DNA from: a virus
Lineage: Duplodnaviria; Caudoviricetes
Direction: 5' to 3' (one strand)
DNA length: 60,930 nucleotides
Virus record (IMG/VR): IMGVR_UViG_3300037119_001810
Span: 1-60,930 of that record
Shown here: positions 25,800 through 35,859 of the stretch, one piece after another
Numbering within the stretch: position 1 is the first letter of the stretch
Layout of the letters: the number at the start of each line of letters is the position of its first letter
The notes under the pieces: generated by a model
Seen by the model: only the letters and a program-made list of their open reading frames with translations
Told to the model about the DNA's origin: nothing
Databases searched by the model: none
Position numbers and translations under genes: made by a program

Positions 25800-25890
25800 T
25801 GTGTTACACTGTGCGGGTAGTACCCACTCCGGAGGGTTTCCGGAAACCTCACAGCCCGGAAGGGCATCTCAGTAGAAAGCAGGGACCATC

Positions 25891-26649
25891 ATGGTCGACA
25901 AGAACCGCGTAACCGTGGACCTCACCTCCGGGGTCGGAACCCTCTCGTTCCCCCACGTGTTCGCCAGCACCGCCTCCAAGAACGACAAGGAGGAGACGGT
26001 CTACGACATCCAGTTCATCATCCCCAAGACCCAGCGCGAGGACGTTCGCGCGCTGCTCGTCGCCATCAAGAAGGTGGGCGAGGCCAAGTGGGGCGCGAAC
26101 TGGAAGAAGGTTCGCACTCCCCTGCGTGACGGCGACGCGGAGAAGGACGAACTGACCGAGGACGGCAGCACCAAGGGGGCCAAGTACCCCGAGCGTCTGG
26201 GCTGCTACTTCCTCAACGCCCGCTCCACCAAGCCGGTCGGTGTCTACGACCGGCAGCGTTCCCCGATCACCAACCCGGACGACCTCTACGGTGGGTGCAA
26301 GGGCAAGATCGCGGTGACGTTCTACCCGTACAGCACGAGCGGCAACCACGGGATCGGCGTCGGCCTCAACGGCGTGCAGAAGATCGCGGACGGTGAGCCG
26401 TTCGGCGGCGGTCGCCCGTCGGTCGAGTCGATGTTCGACATGCTGGACGACGACGACGACCTCGGTCTGGACGACGTGGACGCCGACGAGGTGGACGAGG
26501 AGCCCGAGCCGGAGCCCGCACCCAAGAAGCGGGCAGCGAAGAAGGCCGCTGCGAAGAAGGCAGCCAAGCCCGCCCCGGTGGAGGAGCCCGACGAGGACGA
26601 GGACGAGGACGACCTGTACGACGACCTCGACGACCTCGACGAGGAGTAA
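25891..26649 (+). CDS. ssDNA-binding protein (DUF2815 / T7 gp2.5-like)
   Basis: LSFPHVF, PLRDGD, FLNARS..P, YGGC, GNHGIGVGLNGVQKIADGEPFGG; acidic tail. Confidence 0.9.
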   Translation: MVDKNRVTVDLTSGVGTLSFPHVFASTASKNDKEETVYDIQFIIPKTQREDVRALLVAIKKVGEAKWGANWKKVRTPLRDGDAEKDELTEDGSTKGAKYPERLGCYFLNARSTKPVGVYDRQRSPITNPDDLYGGCKGKIAVTFYPYSTSGNHGIGVGLNGVQKIADGEPFGGGRPSVESMFDMLDDDDDLGLDDVDADEVDEEPEPEPAPKKRAAKKAAAKKAAKPAPVEEPDEDEDEDDLYDDLDDLDEE

Positions 26650-26671
26650 CACCTAGCACCACCGCACCATC

Positions 26672-26707
26672 TCCCGGCCCCTGTTGAGACACCAGCAGGG
26701 GCCGGGA
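26672..26707 (+). terminator. Hairpin terminator after SSB
   Basis: TCCCGGCCCCTG / CAGGGGCCGGGA stem. Confidence 0.6.
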
Positions 26708-26739
26708 CTAGGTTTCCAGAAACCAGATAGAGATAGGGG

Positions 26740-27123
26740 GTGAACAGCATGGAGACCGTAGCCATGCACAAGGGCGCAGACCTCGTGGTCAAGTGCCTTG
26801 GGTGCAAGAACACCTACGAGGTACACGACGTGACCGTCCTCATCGAACCAGTGCTGGACCCCGACGAGCACACGTTCCTCCACTACGAGGTGAAGTTCGG
26901 GTACGAGGGATTCGACGGTGGCGAGGTCGACGCCTTCATACAGGACCTCCTGTGCATGAGGGTGAACAACACGTCTGGCCGTCGCTGCTCGGTGTTCGGT
27001 CGGCTGCCCAACGGATCGGTGTTCGCCTTCCCGATGCTGACCAAGGTGAAGCCCGACCGGCTGTGGGTGTCCAGCCCGGACGCCGCCGGTACCCACTACG
27101 GGGCCAAGCAGGCGAAGCGATGA
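26740..27123 (+). CDS. Hypothetical protein
   Basis: 127 aa, CxxC. Confidence 0.55.
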   Translation: MNSMETVAMHKGADLVVKCLGCKNTYEVHDVTVLIEPVLDPDEHTFLHYEVKFGYEGFDGGEVDAFIQDLLCMRVNNTSGRRCSVFGRLPNGSVFAFPMLTKVKPDRLWVSSPDAAGTHYGAKQAKR

Positions 27124-27341
27124 GCCACCTCTCGGACGACGTGTTCCGCCTCCCGACTCGGGACACCGACCTCAGCGTGCCGGTCCGCGAGAAGCCCGCG
27201 TATCTGTACGGGATGGACACGGTGCTTCAAGACGCAGGTATCTTTCAGAACGTGATCCAGCAGTACGTGCGCGAGCAGTTGGAGCGCGAGCGTCAGTTCG
27301 AGAACACCGTGCTGTTCATGCTGACGGGGGTACACCTGTGA
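27120..27341 (+). CDS. Hypothetical protein
   Basis: ATGA/GTGA coupling on both sides. Confidence 0.55.
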   Translation: MSHLSDDVFRLPTRDTDLSVPVREKPAYLYGMDTVLQDAGIFQNVIQQYVREQLERERQFENTVLFMLTGVHL

Positions 27342-29461
27342 CCAGCAAGCCGAGGCTCATCGGCATCCGTATCGACATCGAGACCCGCTCTCGCGTGTCG
27401 ATCAAGACGAGCGGCGTGTACCGCTACGTCGAGTGCCCGGACTTCAAGGTGCTCATCATCGCGTACACACCGATCCGTCGCTACCCCGGAGGGGCTACCA
27501 AACTGGGGCGCGTCCGGACGCTGGACCTCAACGACTACGAGGAGGTCTCCCAGTTCCGCAAGATGCTGGTCGACCCGCGTTTCCAGAAACACGCCTACAA
27601 CGCCAACTTCGAGCGCATCGCGCTGAGCCGGTGGTACGGCCTCCCCGCTGGGACCTACATCGACCCGGAGAACTGGCACTGCTCGGCCATCCGGTGCAAC
27701 GTCAACGGTGTGTACGGAACGCTGGACGAGGTGGCCCGTGCGTTGAAGGCCCCGATCAGGAAGGACCCCGAGGGCAAGCGCCTCATCAAGTTGTTCTCGA
27801 TCCCGCAGCGCAACGGCCAGTTCATCGAGCCCGACGAGGCACCGCAGGACTTCGACAAGTTCGGTGTCTACTGCATACAGGATGTCAAGACCGAGGCGGT
27901 GGTGGCGGCGTGCGTGCCGGACATCCCGCCCCTCGTGCAGCGCGAGTACGAGATGGACCAGCGGATCAACGACCGGGGCGTGCGGCACTTCGCCGGGCTG
28001 AGCCGAGCCGCCATGGATCAGGTCAAGATCGCACGTGACCAGACCATGGCTGAGTTGAAGGACTTGATGGGGGTCGAGAACCCCAACTCCGTCCAGCAGT
28101 TCCGTGCTTGGCTGGTCGAGCAGGGCTACCCGATGACCAGTCTGGACAAGGACCACCGGGCCGAGGCGTTGGACGATCCGACCATCTCCGACATCGTGGC
28201 CGAGGCACTGCACAAGAAGGGGCAGGCGTCGCTGTCCTCGGTGACCAAGCACAAGGCCATGCTCAACACCCGCTGCTTCGATGGCCGGATCAGGGGCAGC
28301 CTGCAGTTCTACGGGGCGCACACGGGGCGCGAGGCGGGCCGGGGCTTCCAGCCCCAGAACCTCCCCCGCTACGAGGCCCCCGCCGCTGACAGGCTGGCCC
28401 TGCTGCACCGGACCATCTCCCCCATGGATGCGCCGACGGCAGCCAAGGGCACCGTCCGTGCGGCCATCGTCCCGGCCCGTGACCACGTGCTGGTGACCGT
28501 CGACTACAACGCCATCGAGGCCCGCGTGCTGGCGGGGCTGTGCGGCGAGCAGTGGGCCGAGGCCGAGTTCCGTGGAGCGGGGAAGATTTACGAGGCCACC
28601 GCCGCCACCATGTTCAACGTCGACAAGGGCCAGTTGGTCGCGGCGTTGAAGTCCTGCGGCAAGTGCGGGAAGTGCGCACACTGCGAGGTCCGGGCCAAGG
28701 GCAAGGTCAGCAACCTCGCGCTGGGCTACGCCGGGGGTGCCGGTGCTCTGGTCACCATGGGTGCCGAGGAGGCGGGCATCGACTGCGGCAACTACCGTGA
28801 CCTGAACGCGGAGTGGGCGGCGCTGGGCAGGCCGGGCAAGTTCCACGAGTGGGAGCGGGACCGCCACGACTACCCCGAGTTGATCCGGCTCCGTGACCTG
28901 TACCGGGACGCGAGCCCGATGACCACCCGTTTCTGGAAACTCTGCGCCAAGGCGTGGGACGTGGCTGCCACCACTGGCAACGGCGCGAGGTTCGGCAACA
29001 ACCAAGTGCTCGCCATGATCCGCGACGGCAGGCACAACCGGCTGGTCCTCCCCAGCCAGCGATCCATCTGGTACAGGTTCGCCGCCTCGCACCGTGACCC
29101 GGACAGGGTGGACCGGGATGGCAACCCGCGCATCGACAGGCGCACGTTCATGGGCAAGGGCAAGGGCGTCGGCCACATCCGGATCGACACCCACGGCGGG
29201 AAGTTGACCGAGAACGTGACGCAGGCTGTGGCCCGCGACGTGCTGTTCGACCTGCTCATGCGGATGGAGGAGGAGGTGCGTGCCGGGTGGCCCGCGAAGC
29301 CGGTCCTGCACGTCCACGACGAGGTAGTCTTGGAGGTCCACAAGAAGCACGCTGAGCAGGTGCTCGCGGACTCCATCGGAATGATGTCAGAACCCCCGGA
29401 GTGGGGGAAGTTCCTCATCGTCAAGGGTGAGGGGTCAATCATGGAGAGATACGGAAAGTAG
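27338..29461 (+). CDS. DNA polymerase family A with 3'-5' exonuclease
   Basis: Exonuclease motifs IDIET, AYNANFER, YCIQDV; motif A VDYNAIEARVLA; motif B RAKGKVSNLALGY; motif C HVHDEVV. Confidence 0.93.
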   Translation: MTSKPRLIGIRIDIETRSRVSIKTSGVYRYVECPDFKVLIIAYTPIRRYPGGATKLGRVRTLDLNDYEEVSQFRKMLVDPRFQKHAYNANFERIALSRWYGLPAGTYIDPENWHCSAIRCNVNGVYGTLDEVARALKAPIRKDPEGKRLIKLFSIPQRNGQFIEPDEAPQDFDKFGVYCIQDVKTEAVVAACVPDIPPLVQREYEMDQRINDRGVRHFAGLSRAAMDQVKIARDQTMAELKDLMGVENPNSVQQFRAWLVEQGYPMTSLDKDHRAEALDDPTISDIVAEALHKKGQASLSSVTKHKAMLNTRCFDGRIRGSLQFYGAHTGREAGRGFQPQNLPRYEAPAADRLALLHRTISPMDAPTAAKGTVRAAIVPARDHVLVTVDYNAIEARVLAGLCGEQWAEAEFRGAGKIYEATAATMFNVDKGQLVAALKSCGKCGKCAHCEVRAKGKVSNLALGYAGGAGALVTMGAEEAGIDCGNYRDLNAEWAALGRPGKFHEWERDRHDYPELIRLRDLYRDASPMTTRFWKLCAKAWDVAATTGNGARFGNNQVLAMIRDGRHNRLVLPSQRSIWYRFAASHRDPDRVDRDGNPRIDRRTFMGKGKGVGHIRIDTHGGKLTENVTQAVARDVLFDLLMRMEEEVRAGWPAKPVLHVHDEVVLEVHKKHAEQVLADSIGMMSEPPEWGKFLIVKGEGSIMERYGK

Positions 29462-29466
29462 GAGAG

Positions 29467-29640
29467 ATGAAGCAGATCGACCTGAGCGGTCTCAGCAACC
29501 TAGGCGGTACGCCGCACCCGTCCGAGCCCGACGACAAGGCTGGCCCGGTGGCCGCTGCGTTCGGCGTGGTCCTCGGCGTGTGCGCCACCGTCGCCGTCAT
29601 CATGCTCACCGTCAAACTCGGACTGGTGCTGTTCACCTGA
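29467..29640 (+). CDS. 57-aa membrane protein
   Basis: GGAG RBS; C-terminal hydrophobic helix. Confidence 0.55.
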   Translation: MKQIDLSGLSNLGGTPHPSEPDDKAGPVAAAFGVVLGVCATVAVIMLTVKLGLVLFT

Positions 29641-29797
29641 TACACGGTTTCCAGAAACAACTCGCCCCTAGCAGGAAGCGCAGGCGCGAGAGGTGCGGAA
29701 GTCTCCCGATCAACCGGCTTGATCGACCGGCCTACAGGAACTTCGCGGCACCACCCAAACCAGCAGCCCGTACTCGGGCAGACAGAGAGGCAAGGAA

Positions 29798-30202
29798 ATG
29801 GGTATCGGCGGACATATGCTCGGGGACAAGAAACTCCGGCAACTACGGCAGGCCACTGGCCTGAACTTCGACAGGGCCTACCGACGCGGGTGGGAGTGCG
29901 AGGGTCGGGTCATCAACCCGGACGGCACCTGCAGTCACTACCGTGTCGACCCCCTTACGGAACAGTACGTGGAAGTGGACGCACCTGTTCATTGGGCGTC
30001 CTGCCCGAGGTCTGACCACTTCCGCTCCATGCTCGCCGTAGCGCTCGACAAGATGGAGACCCGAGGCGGCGTCGTCATCAAGTCGAACGATGAGTACCAC
30101 GAACTCCGTGTGTGGATGCACGACTACGGAGTTGGCGAGCGTGCATGGATCAGCCTCGACGACATCCGCTTGCTGGCGCAGATGAGCAGGGTGGAACGCT
30201 GA
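29798..30202 (+). CDS. Hypothetical protein
   Basis: AAGGA RBS; stop overlaps the helicase start. Confidence 0.55.
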   Translation: MGIGGHMLGDKKLRQLRQATGLNFDRAYRRGWECEGRVINPDGTCSHYRVDPLTEQYVEVDAPVHWASCPRSDHFRSMLAVALDKMETRGGVVIKSNDEYHELRVWMHDYGVGERAWISLDDIRLLAQMSRVER

Positions 30203-31773
30203 TGGCCCAGCACAAGTTGATGACCCACCAAGACGACGGTGTGGCGTTTCTGGAATCCGTCGATGGGATCGGTGCGCTGCTCTGGGAGCCCGGCGTGGGC
30301 AAGACCGGCGCGACGCTGGCATGGATCGACCGGCTGGCCGAGCGGCAGCGCGAGGTCCGGGTGCTAGTGGTAGCACCGCTCACCGCTGCCGACACGTGGG
30401 TGCTGCAGCCCCCGGCGTTCATGGAGTCCGTGGTCAAGGCCCGGATGATGCAGGGTGCGACCGTCGCCATCCTCGACCAGATCGCCAAGGCGGCTGACTG
30501 GACGAAGGTGCCGGAGACCAAGATCAAGTCCGACCACACGAGCGGCGCGAACTTCCACAGCCGGGTGACCATCATCTCGATGAGCGCTGGCGCGGTCTCC
30601 TCGTTCTGCAAGGAGCGGACCAAGACGGTCCGGATGCTGCGTGCGATCCGCAAGTACAAGCCGCACGTCATCGTGGTGGACGAGAGCCACATCATCAAGT
30701 CCGCCACCTCGAACGTGTCCAAGGCCCTGTACCAGTTGGGGCAGTTGGCCCCACACCGGATCATCCTCACCGGCACGGTCAACCCGCTGTCCCCGCTGGA
30801 CTGCTACGGGCAGTGGCGCTTCCTCGCACCGTGGACGTTCTCCGACCAGTACGGCGAGCCCTACGTCAAGGCCCCGTTGAAGATGACGCGAGCACAGCAG
30901 GCGGGTATCCGCCCGTGGCCGTGGGGCAGGTTCCAGATGCGCTACGGCACGATGGGCGGGTACAAGGGCAAGACCCTCAAAGGCGTCAACGAGTTCACCA
31001 TCGGGGAACTGCACGACAGGGTGGCCGAGCGCTCGATGGTCGTGACCAAGGCCGACGCCCTCGACCTGCCGCCGGTCACCGACGTGGACGTTCACGTGAC
31101 GCTGAGCCCGAAGGAGGCCAAGGCGTATCAGGAGATGGCCGAGGACTTGGCTACCGAGATGGCCTCGGGCGAGATGGTCGAAGCCGTCAACGCGCTGGCG
31201 AAGATGATGAAGTTGCGCCAGATCGCATCGGGGTTCGTCAAGAACACCGACACCGGGCAGGTCCACATCATCGGGGACTCGCTGCGCAAGGCGGTACGCG
31301 AGGTTGCCGAGGTCACGCTGGCCGGTGAGAAGCGGCTGGTCGTGTTCGCCTACTTCCGCTCCGAGTGCCAACTGCTGGCCGACACGCTGGCGAAGGACAA
31401 GAACACGAAGGTCGAACTCATCACCGGGTCGACCAAGCCGAAGGACCGGCTGGCTATCCGGCAGCGGTTCGGTGACGTTTCCGGAAACCCCCAGCGTACG
31501 ATCCTCGTGGCCCAGCAGCGGACCATGAGCCTGAGCGTGAACGAACTGGTCACCGCACAGCACGCGATCTACGCGTCCCGTAGCGAGCGCCGCGACGACG
31601 ACGTGCAGTCCCGTGGGCGGCTCGACCGCAACGGCCAGACCCTCCCCGTCACCTTCTGGCACGTGTTCAGTCCGGGGCTGATCGGAGAGATTATGCGAGA
31701 CAGCCACATCCACAAGGGGAACTTGGAGAAGGCCCTCTTGGATCACGTCCGTCTGGTGGCCGGGAGGCGGTAG
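30202..31773 (+). CDS. SNF2-like superfamily 2 helicase
   Basis: WEPGVGKT, VVDESH, LTGT, KLRQIASGF, QSRGRLDRNGQ. Confidence 0.9.
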   Translation: MAQHKLMTHQDDGVAFLESVDGIGALLWEPGVGKTGATLAWIDRLAERQREVRVLVVAPLTAADTWVLQPPAFMESVVKARMMQGATVAILDQIAKAADWTKVPETKIKSDHTSGANFHSRVTIISMSAGAVSSFCKERTKTVRMLRAIRKYKPHVIVVDESHIIKSATSNVSKALYQLGQLAPHRIILTGTVNPLSPLDCYGQWRFLAPWTFSDQYGEPYVKAPLKMTRAQQAGIRPWPWGRFQMRYGTMGGYKGKTLKGVNEFTIGELHDRVAERSMVVTKADALDLPPVTDVDVHVTLSPKEAKAYQEMAEDLATEMASGEMVEAVNALAKMMKLRQIASGFVKNTDTGQVHIIGDSLRKAVREVAEVTLAGEKRLVVFAYFRSECQLLADTLAKDKNTKVELITGSTKPKDRLAIRQRFGDVSGNPQRTILVAQQRTMSLSVNELVTAQHAIYASRSERRDDDVQSRGRLDRNGQTLPVTFWHVFSPGLIGEIMRDSHIHKGNLEKALLDHVRLVAGRR

Positions 31774-31858
31774 ACTAGACCAGTTAGTAGACAGGTAAAC
31801 GAAAGTGAAGAATCGGGCAGTCGTGGTTCACCCACGACGGAATGGAAAGAGACTAGCG

Positions 31859-32452
31859 ATGCAGAAGTTCGACGTTCAGATTGCACTCGAAGGGGTGCGC
31901 GAGGCTCGGGGCGAATGGAGTCGAGCACAGCAGGAGTTCCAGTCCAACGTGGACAAGGTGCTTGACCGCCTGATCCACGAGGCCGCGACATGCTTCATGT
32001 CCGTGGAGGAGTTCGCCAAGGCGTCGGGGCTGAGCCCCAAGCGCGTACGCGACCTCATGCGGCGCAACAGGATGCACCCGTCCAGCAGCAAGACGCTGCT
32101 GGCGAAGCACGCAGCCGAGGCGCTGGCTACCAACTCGGAACTGCTGGGCATCGCCCCGCACGAGATGGACCTGACGAGCCCGCTGGCCTACCTGCCGATG
32201 GGCAAGGAACTCCGGCAGGAACTCACCGACAAGACGGTCAGCCGGGTGACGGAGTTGCCCGAGGACGAGCCCGTTTCCGGAAACCTTGCGTGGAGCCGGT
32301 TGGCCTATGTTATCTACGGCGCGATGCCTTGGGAGGGTGAGACCTACCAAGCCGTAGCCGAGACGATCGCTGTCGCGGTGCTGGGCGAGATGGGCTTCTG
32401 CCCGACCGACGGAAAGCCCCTGCCTTGCACCGCCTGCGGTGCCGGGCTGTGA
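31859..32452 (+). CDS. Hypothetical protein with HTH-like segment and C-terminal Zn knuckle
   Basis: MSVEEFAKASGLSPKRVRDLM; CPTDGKPLPCTAC. Confidence 0.55.
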   Translation: MQKFDVQIALEGVREARGEWSRAQQEFQSNVDKVLDRLIHEAATCFMSVEEFAKASGLSPKRVRDLMRRNRMHPSSSKTLLAKHAAEALATNSELLGIAPHEMDLTSPLAYLPMGKELRQELTDKTVSRVTELPEDEPVSGNLAWSRLAYVIYGAMPWEGETYQAVAETIAVAVLGEMGFCPTDGKPLPCTACGAGL

Positions 32453-33309
32453 GCGCCACTGCCGCACAACCAGACGCGAACACCCTCTACCGGGCCGCGC
32501 AGTCACTCATCCGCTCCGGCCAGCCCGTGTTCCCCTGCCGGTCGAAGGGCGAGAAGGCCAAGACCCCGATGACCAAGCACGGGCTGCACGATGCGACGCT
32601 CGACCTCGGCAAGGTCAAGAACTGGTGGCGCACCCACCGGGACGCAGCCATCGGCATCCCGACAGGCATCGTCTGGGACGTGCTGGACGTGGACGTGAAG
32701 GACGACCGGGACGGCAGGGTCCACTTGCCCTACCTGCACCGCCTCGGGCTCCTGAACGGCTGTCAGCGCGTCGCTAGGACCCCCTCTGGCGGGTGGCACC
32801 TGTACTTCAAGACGGCACCGGGGCTGACCAACAAGGCACGGGCCACCCTCGGGCTCGACGTGCGGGCCAAGGGCGGCTACGTGCTGGCACCCCCGTCCTT
32901 CGTGGATGACGGTGACCAGTCGGTCGGGGTCTACGAGGACATCGGTCCGACCGAGGGCAGTACCGAGGAGCCCCTGCTGTGGGACTTGATCCAGTCCACG
33001 CTGGAACCTGTCAACACGACGACCAACAAGCCGGTCGACCTGCTCGGGTACGAGCGGTCGTCCAGCCTCGCCAGCCTTCGCGGGTGGCTCTCGGAGCGCG
33101 CGGCGGGGGAGCGCAACAACTCCCTGCACTGGGCGGTGTGCCGGTGCATTGACAACGGCATCGACCCGAACGAGTTGGTCGAGGTCGCGCTGATGCTCGG
33201 CCTCACCGAGGACGAGGTGGACAAGACGATTGGCAGCGCCCTTCGCAGGGCGGGGCTGACCTCCAACGATCTGTCAACGGAAGCGGAGGCGCTGTTCGGT
33301 AACGGGTGA
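32449..33309 (+). CDS. Bifunctional primase-polymerase (Prim-Pol)
   Basis: PVFPC, AIGIPTG, DVLDVDVK, RTPSGGWHLYF, DVRAKGGYVLAPPS, GERNNSL. Confidence 0.9.
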   Translation: MSATAAQPDANTLYRAAQSLIRSGQPVFPCRSKGEKAKTPMTKHGLHDATLDLGKVKNWWRTHRDAAIGIPTGIVWDVLDVDVKDDRDGRVHLPYLHRLGLLNGCQRVARTPSGGWHLYFKTAPGLTNKARATLGLDVRAKGGYVLAPPSFVDDGDQSVGVYEDIGPTEGSTEEPLLWDLIQSTLEPVNTTTNKPVDLLGYERSSSLASLRGWLSERAAGERNNSLHWAVCRCIDNGIDPNELVEVALMLGLTEDEVDKTIGSALRRAGLTSNDLSTEAEALFGNG

Positions 33310-33351
33310 CCGAGTTTCCACGACAGATAAGTGAAGGGAGGTGAAGGCTAA

Positions 33352-34386
33352 GTGATCCGGTTTCCGGAAACCGCGCAGATCGAATGGCAGGTTGTAGCAG
33401 ATGCAGCAGAGGCAGAGGCGCGGCTCCGCAAAAGGGTTCAGCACGATACGGAAGTCGAGCGCGAGACACAGCGACTACGCGTTCGGCACGAGGCGACACT
33501 GGCGTTCCAGTCCGAGTTGGACGCGGACCAGACCCCGGTGTTGGAAATGGTGACGTTGGCGAACTACCAGTCAAACCCGGCAGCAGCACCGCTCGATCTG
33601 ATCGACGGGGTGTTGAAGCAAAACGGCGTGTGCCTGATGCTCGGACCGTCCGGGTCCGGCAAGTCCACGCTCGGGCTGCAGATGTGCCACAGCCTGATGA
33701 CAGGAGACGACTGGCTGGGTCAGCCGACCAAGCCGATCATGGGCAGCGTCGGCGTCATGTCATACGACATGGACGGCGCGATAGTGATGGACTGGATGGC
33801 GGGCTTCCCGAACATCGACCCATCGAAAGTAAGCGTGGTCAACGCCTACAAGCGGGGCAACCCGCTCGGGGTGCCGGTCATGCGGGAGCAGATAGCAGCA
33901 GCGTGGCGGATGATGAGCGTCGAGACCGTGATGATCGACTCGTTCAGTGCGTCGTTCTTCGGGCACGACCAGAACGACGCAGCGGCGACGCAGGCCCACT
34001 ACCGGGACCTCATCAAGTTCGGGCTCACGGAGGTGGGGGCGAAGTCGCTCATCGTCATCGTCCACTCCACCGAGGGCTCACCGCACAAGGCAAGAGGATC
34101 GACGGTCCACCACGACGTGGCCGATAGCATCGTGTCCGTGGAGGGAACCGGCTCGGACGCACGAAAGATCAGGATGGTGAAGTACCGGGCGGCTCGGGGC
34201 CAGACCCAGATGAACCCCGTGGTCATCTCTGCACCGGATGATGTGACACACTTGGTCTCACTGGACTACGGCGCTATGCAACTAGCAGGGATGCAGTTGC
34301 CCGCAGGGGCGGCAGCACAGGCGTTCACGGCGATGCCGGAACCGTCTGAGGCACCAGATACCGAAAGCGAGGAGGACGACCTATGA
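33352..34386 (+). CDS. AAA_25 / RecA-type replicative helicase
   Basis: GPSGSGKS, VMIDS, IVHST...ARGS; follows the primase. Confidence 0.8.
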   Translation: MIRFPETAQIEWQVVADAAEAEARLRKRVQHDTEVERETQRLRVRHEATLAFQSELDADQTPVLEMVTLANYQSNPAAAPLDLIDGVLKQNGVCLMLGPSGSGKSTLGLQMCHSLMTGDDWLGQPTKPIMGSVGVMSYDMDGAIVMDWMAGFPNIDPSKVSVVNAYKRGNPLGVPVMREQIAAAWRMMSVETVMIDSFSASFFGHDQNDAAATQAHYRDLIKFGLTEVGAKSLIVIVHSTEGSPHKARGSTVHHDVADSIVSVEGTGSDARKIRMVKYRAARGQTQMNPVVISAPDDVTHLVSLDYGAMQLAGMQLPAGAAAQAFTAMPEPSEAPDTESEEDDL

Positions 34387-34634
34387 AGGTCGACAAGGAG
34401 CGCAGCGCCTACCACGAGGCAGACGATGTGCGGGACGAGTTCAACGCGCAGGAACTCCGCCGGTTGCGGCTGATCCTGCGGCGGCTGCGGTTTCTGGAAT
34501 CACAGGTCCGCAAGAACGGCGGCTTGGCGAGCGACGGCGGGGGCGGCGCGTGGACCGAGTGGGAGATAGAGGCGCTGGAATGGGTGCTGACCGAGGTCGG
34601 CTTCCTCCGGCAAGAGGCACGCAGTAATGGCTGA
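34383..34634 (+). CDS. Hypothetical protein
   Basis: ATGA overlap, GAGGAGG RBS. Confidence 0.6.
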   Translation: MKVDKERSAYHEADDVRDEFNAQELRRLRLILRRLRFLESQVRKNGGLASDGGGGAWTEWEIEALEWVLTEVGFLRQEARSNG

Positions 34635-34662
34635 CAACGACACCAACAGAGAAGGGTTCCAC

Positions 34663-35163
34663 ATGTCCAAGAAGAACGACAAGACCGAGGCTCCTGCACC
34701 GATGGACCCGAGCGTCCGAGAGGAGTCCGTCGGCACGCCTGCCGTCAACGCAAGCCGCCCGTGCTGGGCAGCCAAGACCCTCGTCGCTGAGGTCAACGCG
34801 CTGTTTCCAGAAACCCCGGTCGAGTACAGCAACCCCGACGGGCGCAACACCATGCTCGACGTGATGTTCGACCTCACCACGCTGGACCCGAACGACGTGT
34901 ACGACCTGACCACCCTGCTGAACCTGCTCGATGACCCGGCATACAACGTCGACCCGCGCATTGACAGCGTGATCGCTGGCGGGCAGCAGCACGCGGGTCA
35001 GGTGCTCGTGGCCTTCAAGTCCAACCCTCGCACGCAGGACAGCCGCGATCCCTTCGGTCTGGCCGACGCGCTCGAAGTGCTGGCCGAGCGCGACGAGGCT
35101 GAACTCGTGATGTTCGCCCACGGTACCGAGCCGCTGGCTGTGTACGAAGGGGGCTCGCTGTGA
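34663..35163 (+). CDS. Hypothetical protein
   Basis: GAAGGG RBS; biased codon usage. Confidence 0.65.
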   Translation: MSKKNDKTEAPAPMDPSVREESVGTPAVNASRPCWAAKTLVAEVNALFPETPVEYSNPDGRNTMLDVMFDLTTLDPNDVYDLTTLLNLLDDPAYNVDPRIDSVIAGGQQHAGQVLVAFKSNPRTQDSRDPFGLADALEVLAERDEAELVMFAHGTEPLAVYEGGSL

Positions 35164-35462
35164 TCTGGGTACTGGTGATTCTCGCGCTTCTGGCGCTCTC
35201 GAACCTCGCCCTCGTCCGCGTCGTCTACCTGTCCCGCAGGGACGGCAAGGTGGATCACGCCAAGTGCGTCGCGCTCATCTCGTCGGTCGTCTCCAACCGG
35301 GTCGTCGCCATCGCCTTCCGCGACGCGGCCAACCGCTGGGACAGCATCGAGGAGCAGGCCGACCTGCGCCGTCTGGCCCGTGAGCAGTTCAAGGACGACG
35401 GCCCGTCCATGCCTGCGCTCTGGCTACGGGAGCAGGCAGCCAAGATCGAGGCATCGCTGTGA
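35160..35462 (+). CDS. Membrane-anchored hypothetical protein
   Basis: N-terminal TM helix; coupled. Confidence 0.6.
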   Translation: MIWVLVILALLALSNLALVRVVYLSRRDGKVDHAKCVALISSVVSNRVVAIAFRDAANRWDSIEEQADLRRLAREQFKDDGPSMPALWLREQAAKIEASL

Positions 35463-35671
35463 TGACGAAGCAGAGGAGCACAGGTTTCCAGAAACGCATC
35501 AAGCCCTCCGAGTTCAAGGAGGTCGGGCTGGCGGTGGTCCACTACACCGAGAGCGGTGCGGCCTCGTGCTCGTGCGGCTGGCGGCACAACATGGCCCGGA
35601 CCAAGGTGCTTGAAGATGCAATCGACCGGCACCTGACCAAGCGGCACGGCGGGAGGGGGATCAGGCTGTGA
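35459..35671 (+). CDS. Small Zn-binding protein
   Basis: CSCGW...H...H. Confidence 0.55.
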   Translation: MMTKQRSTGFQKRIKPSEFKEVGLAVVHYTESGAASCSCGWRHNMARTKVLEDAIDRHLTKRHGGRGIRL

Positions 35672-35859
35672 TCGAGTTGATGCCTTGGTACAAGCCGGGA
35701 GAGAGCCTGCTGCGCTGCGGGGGTGAGGACGGGTGCGGTGCCCTGCTCATCGCTGGTGACGCCGAGGTCCATGCACGCTGGCACCAGAGGGTCAAGCGCA
35801 TCGAGGACCGTCTGGACCGTCCGGCGGACTTCGCTCGTACGAGAGGATCGTGGGGCTGA
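35668..35859 (+). CDS. Small Zn-binding protein
   Basis: C....GCGAL....H..WH. Confidence 0.55.
   Translation: MIELMPWYKPGESLLRCGGEDGCGALLIAGDAEVHARWHQRVKRIEDRLDRPADFARTRGSWG

Larger units (their letters stand above)
8468..30377. repeat. Operator-like 18-bp palindrome GGTGCTA-N4-TAGCACC, ~24 copies, almost all at 8.4-17.5 kb
   Basis: Copies or variants at 8468,8967,9485,9672,9912,10201,10433,10675,11041,11099,11504,11610,12000,12257,12351,12594,12814,13178,14266,14607,14651,15743,16158,17515 and one distant copy at 30360. Confidence 0.92.
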
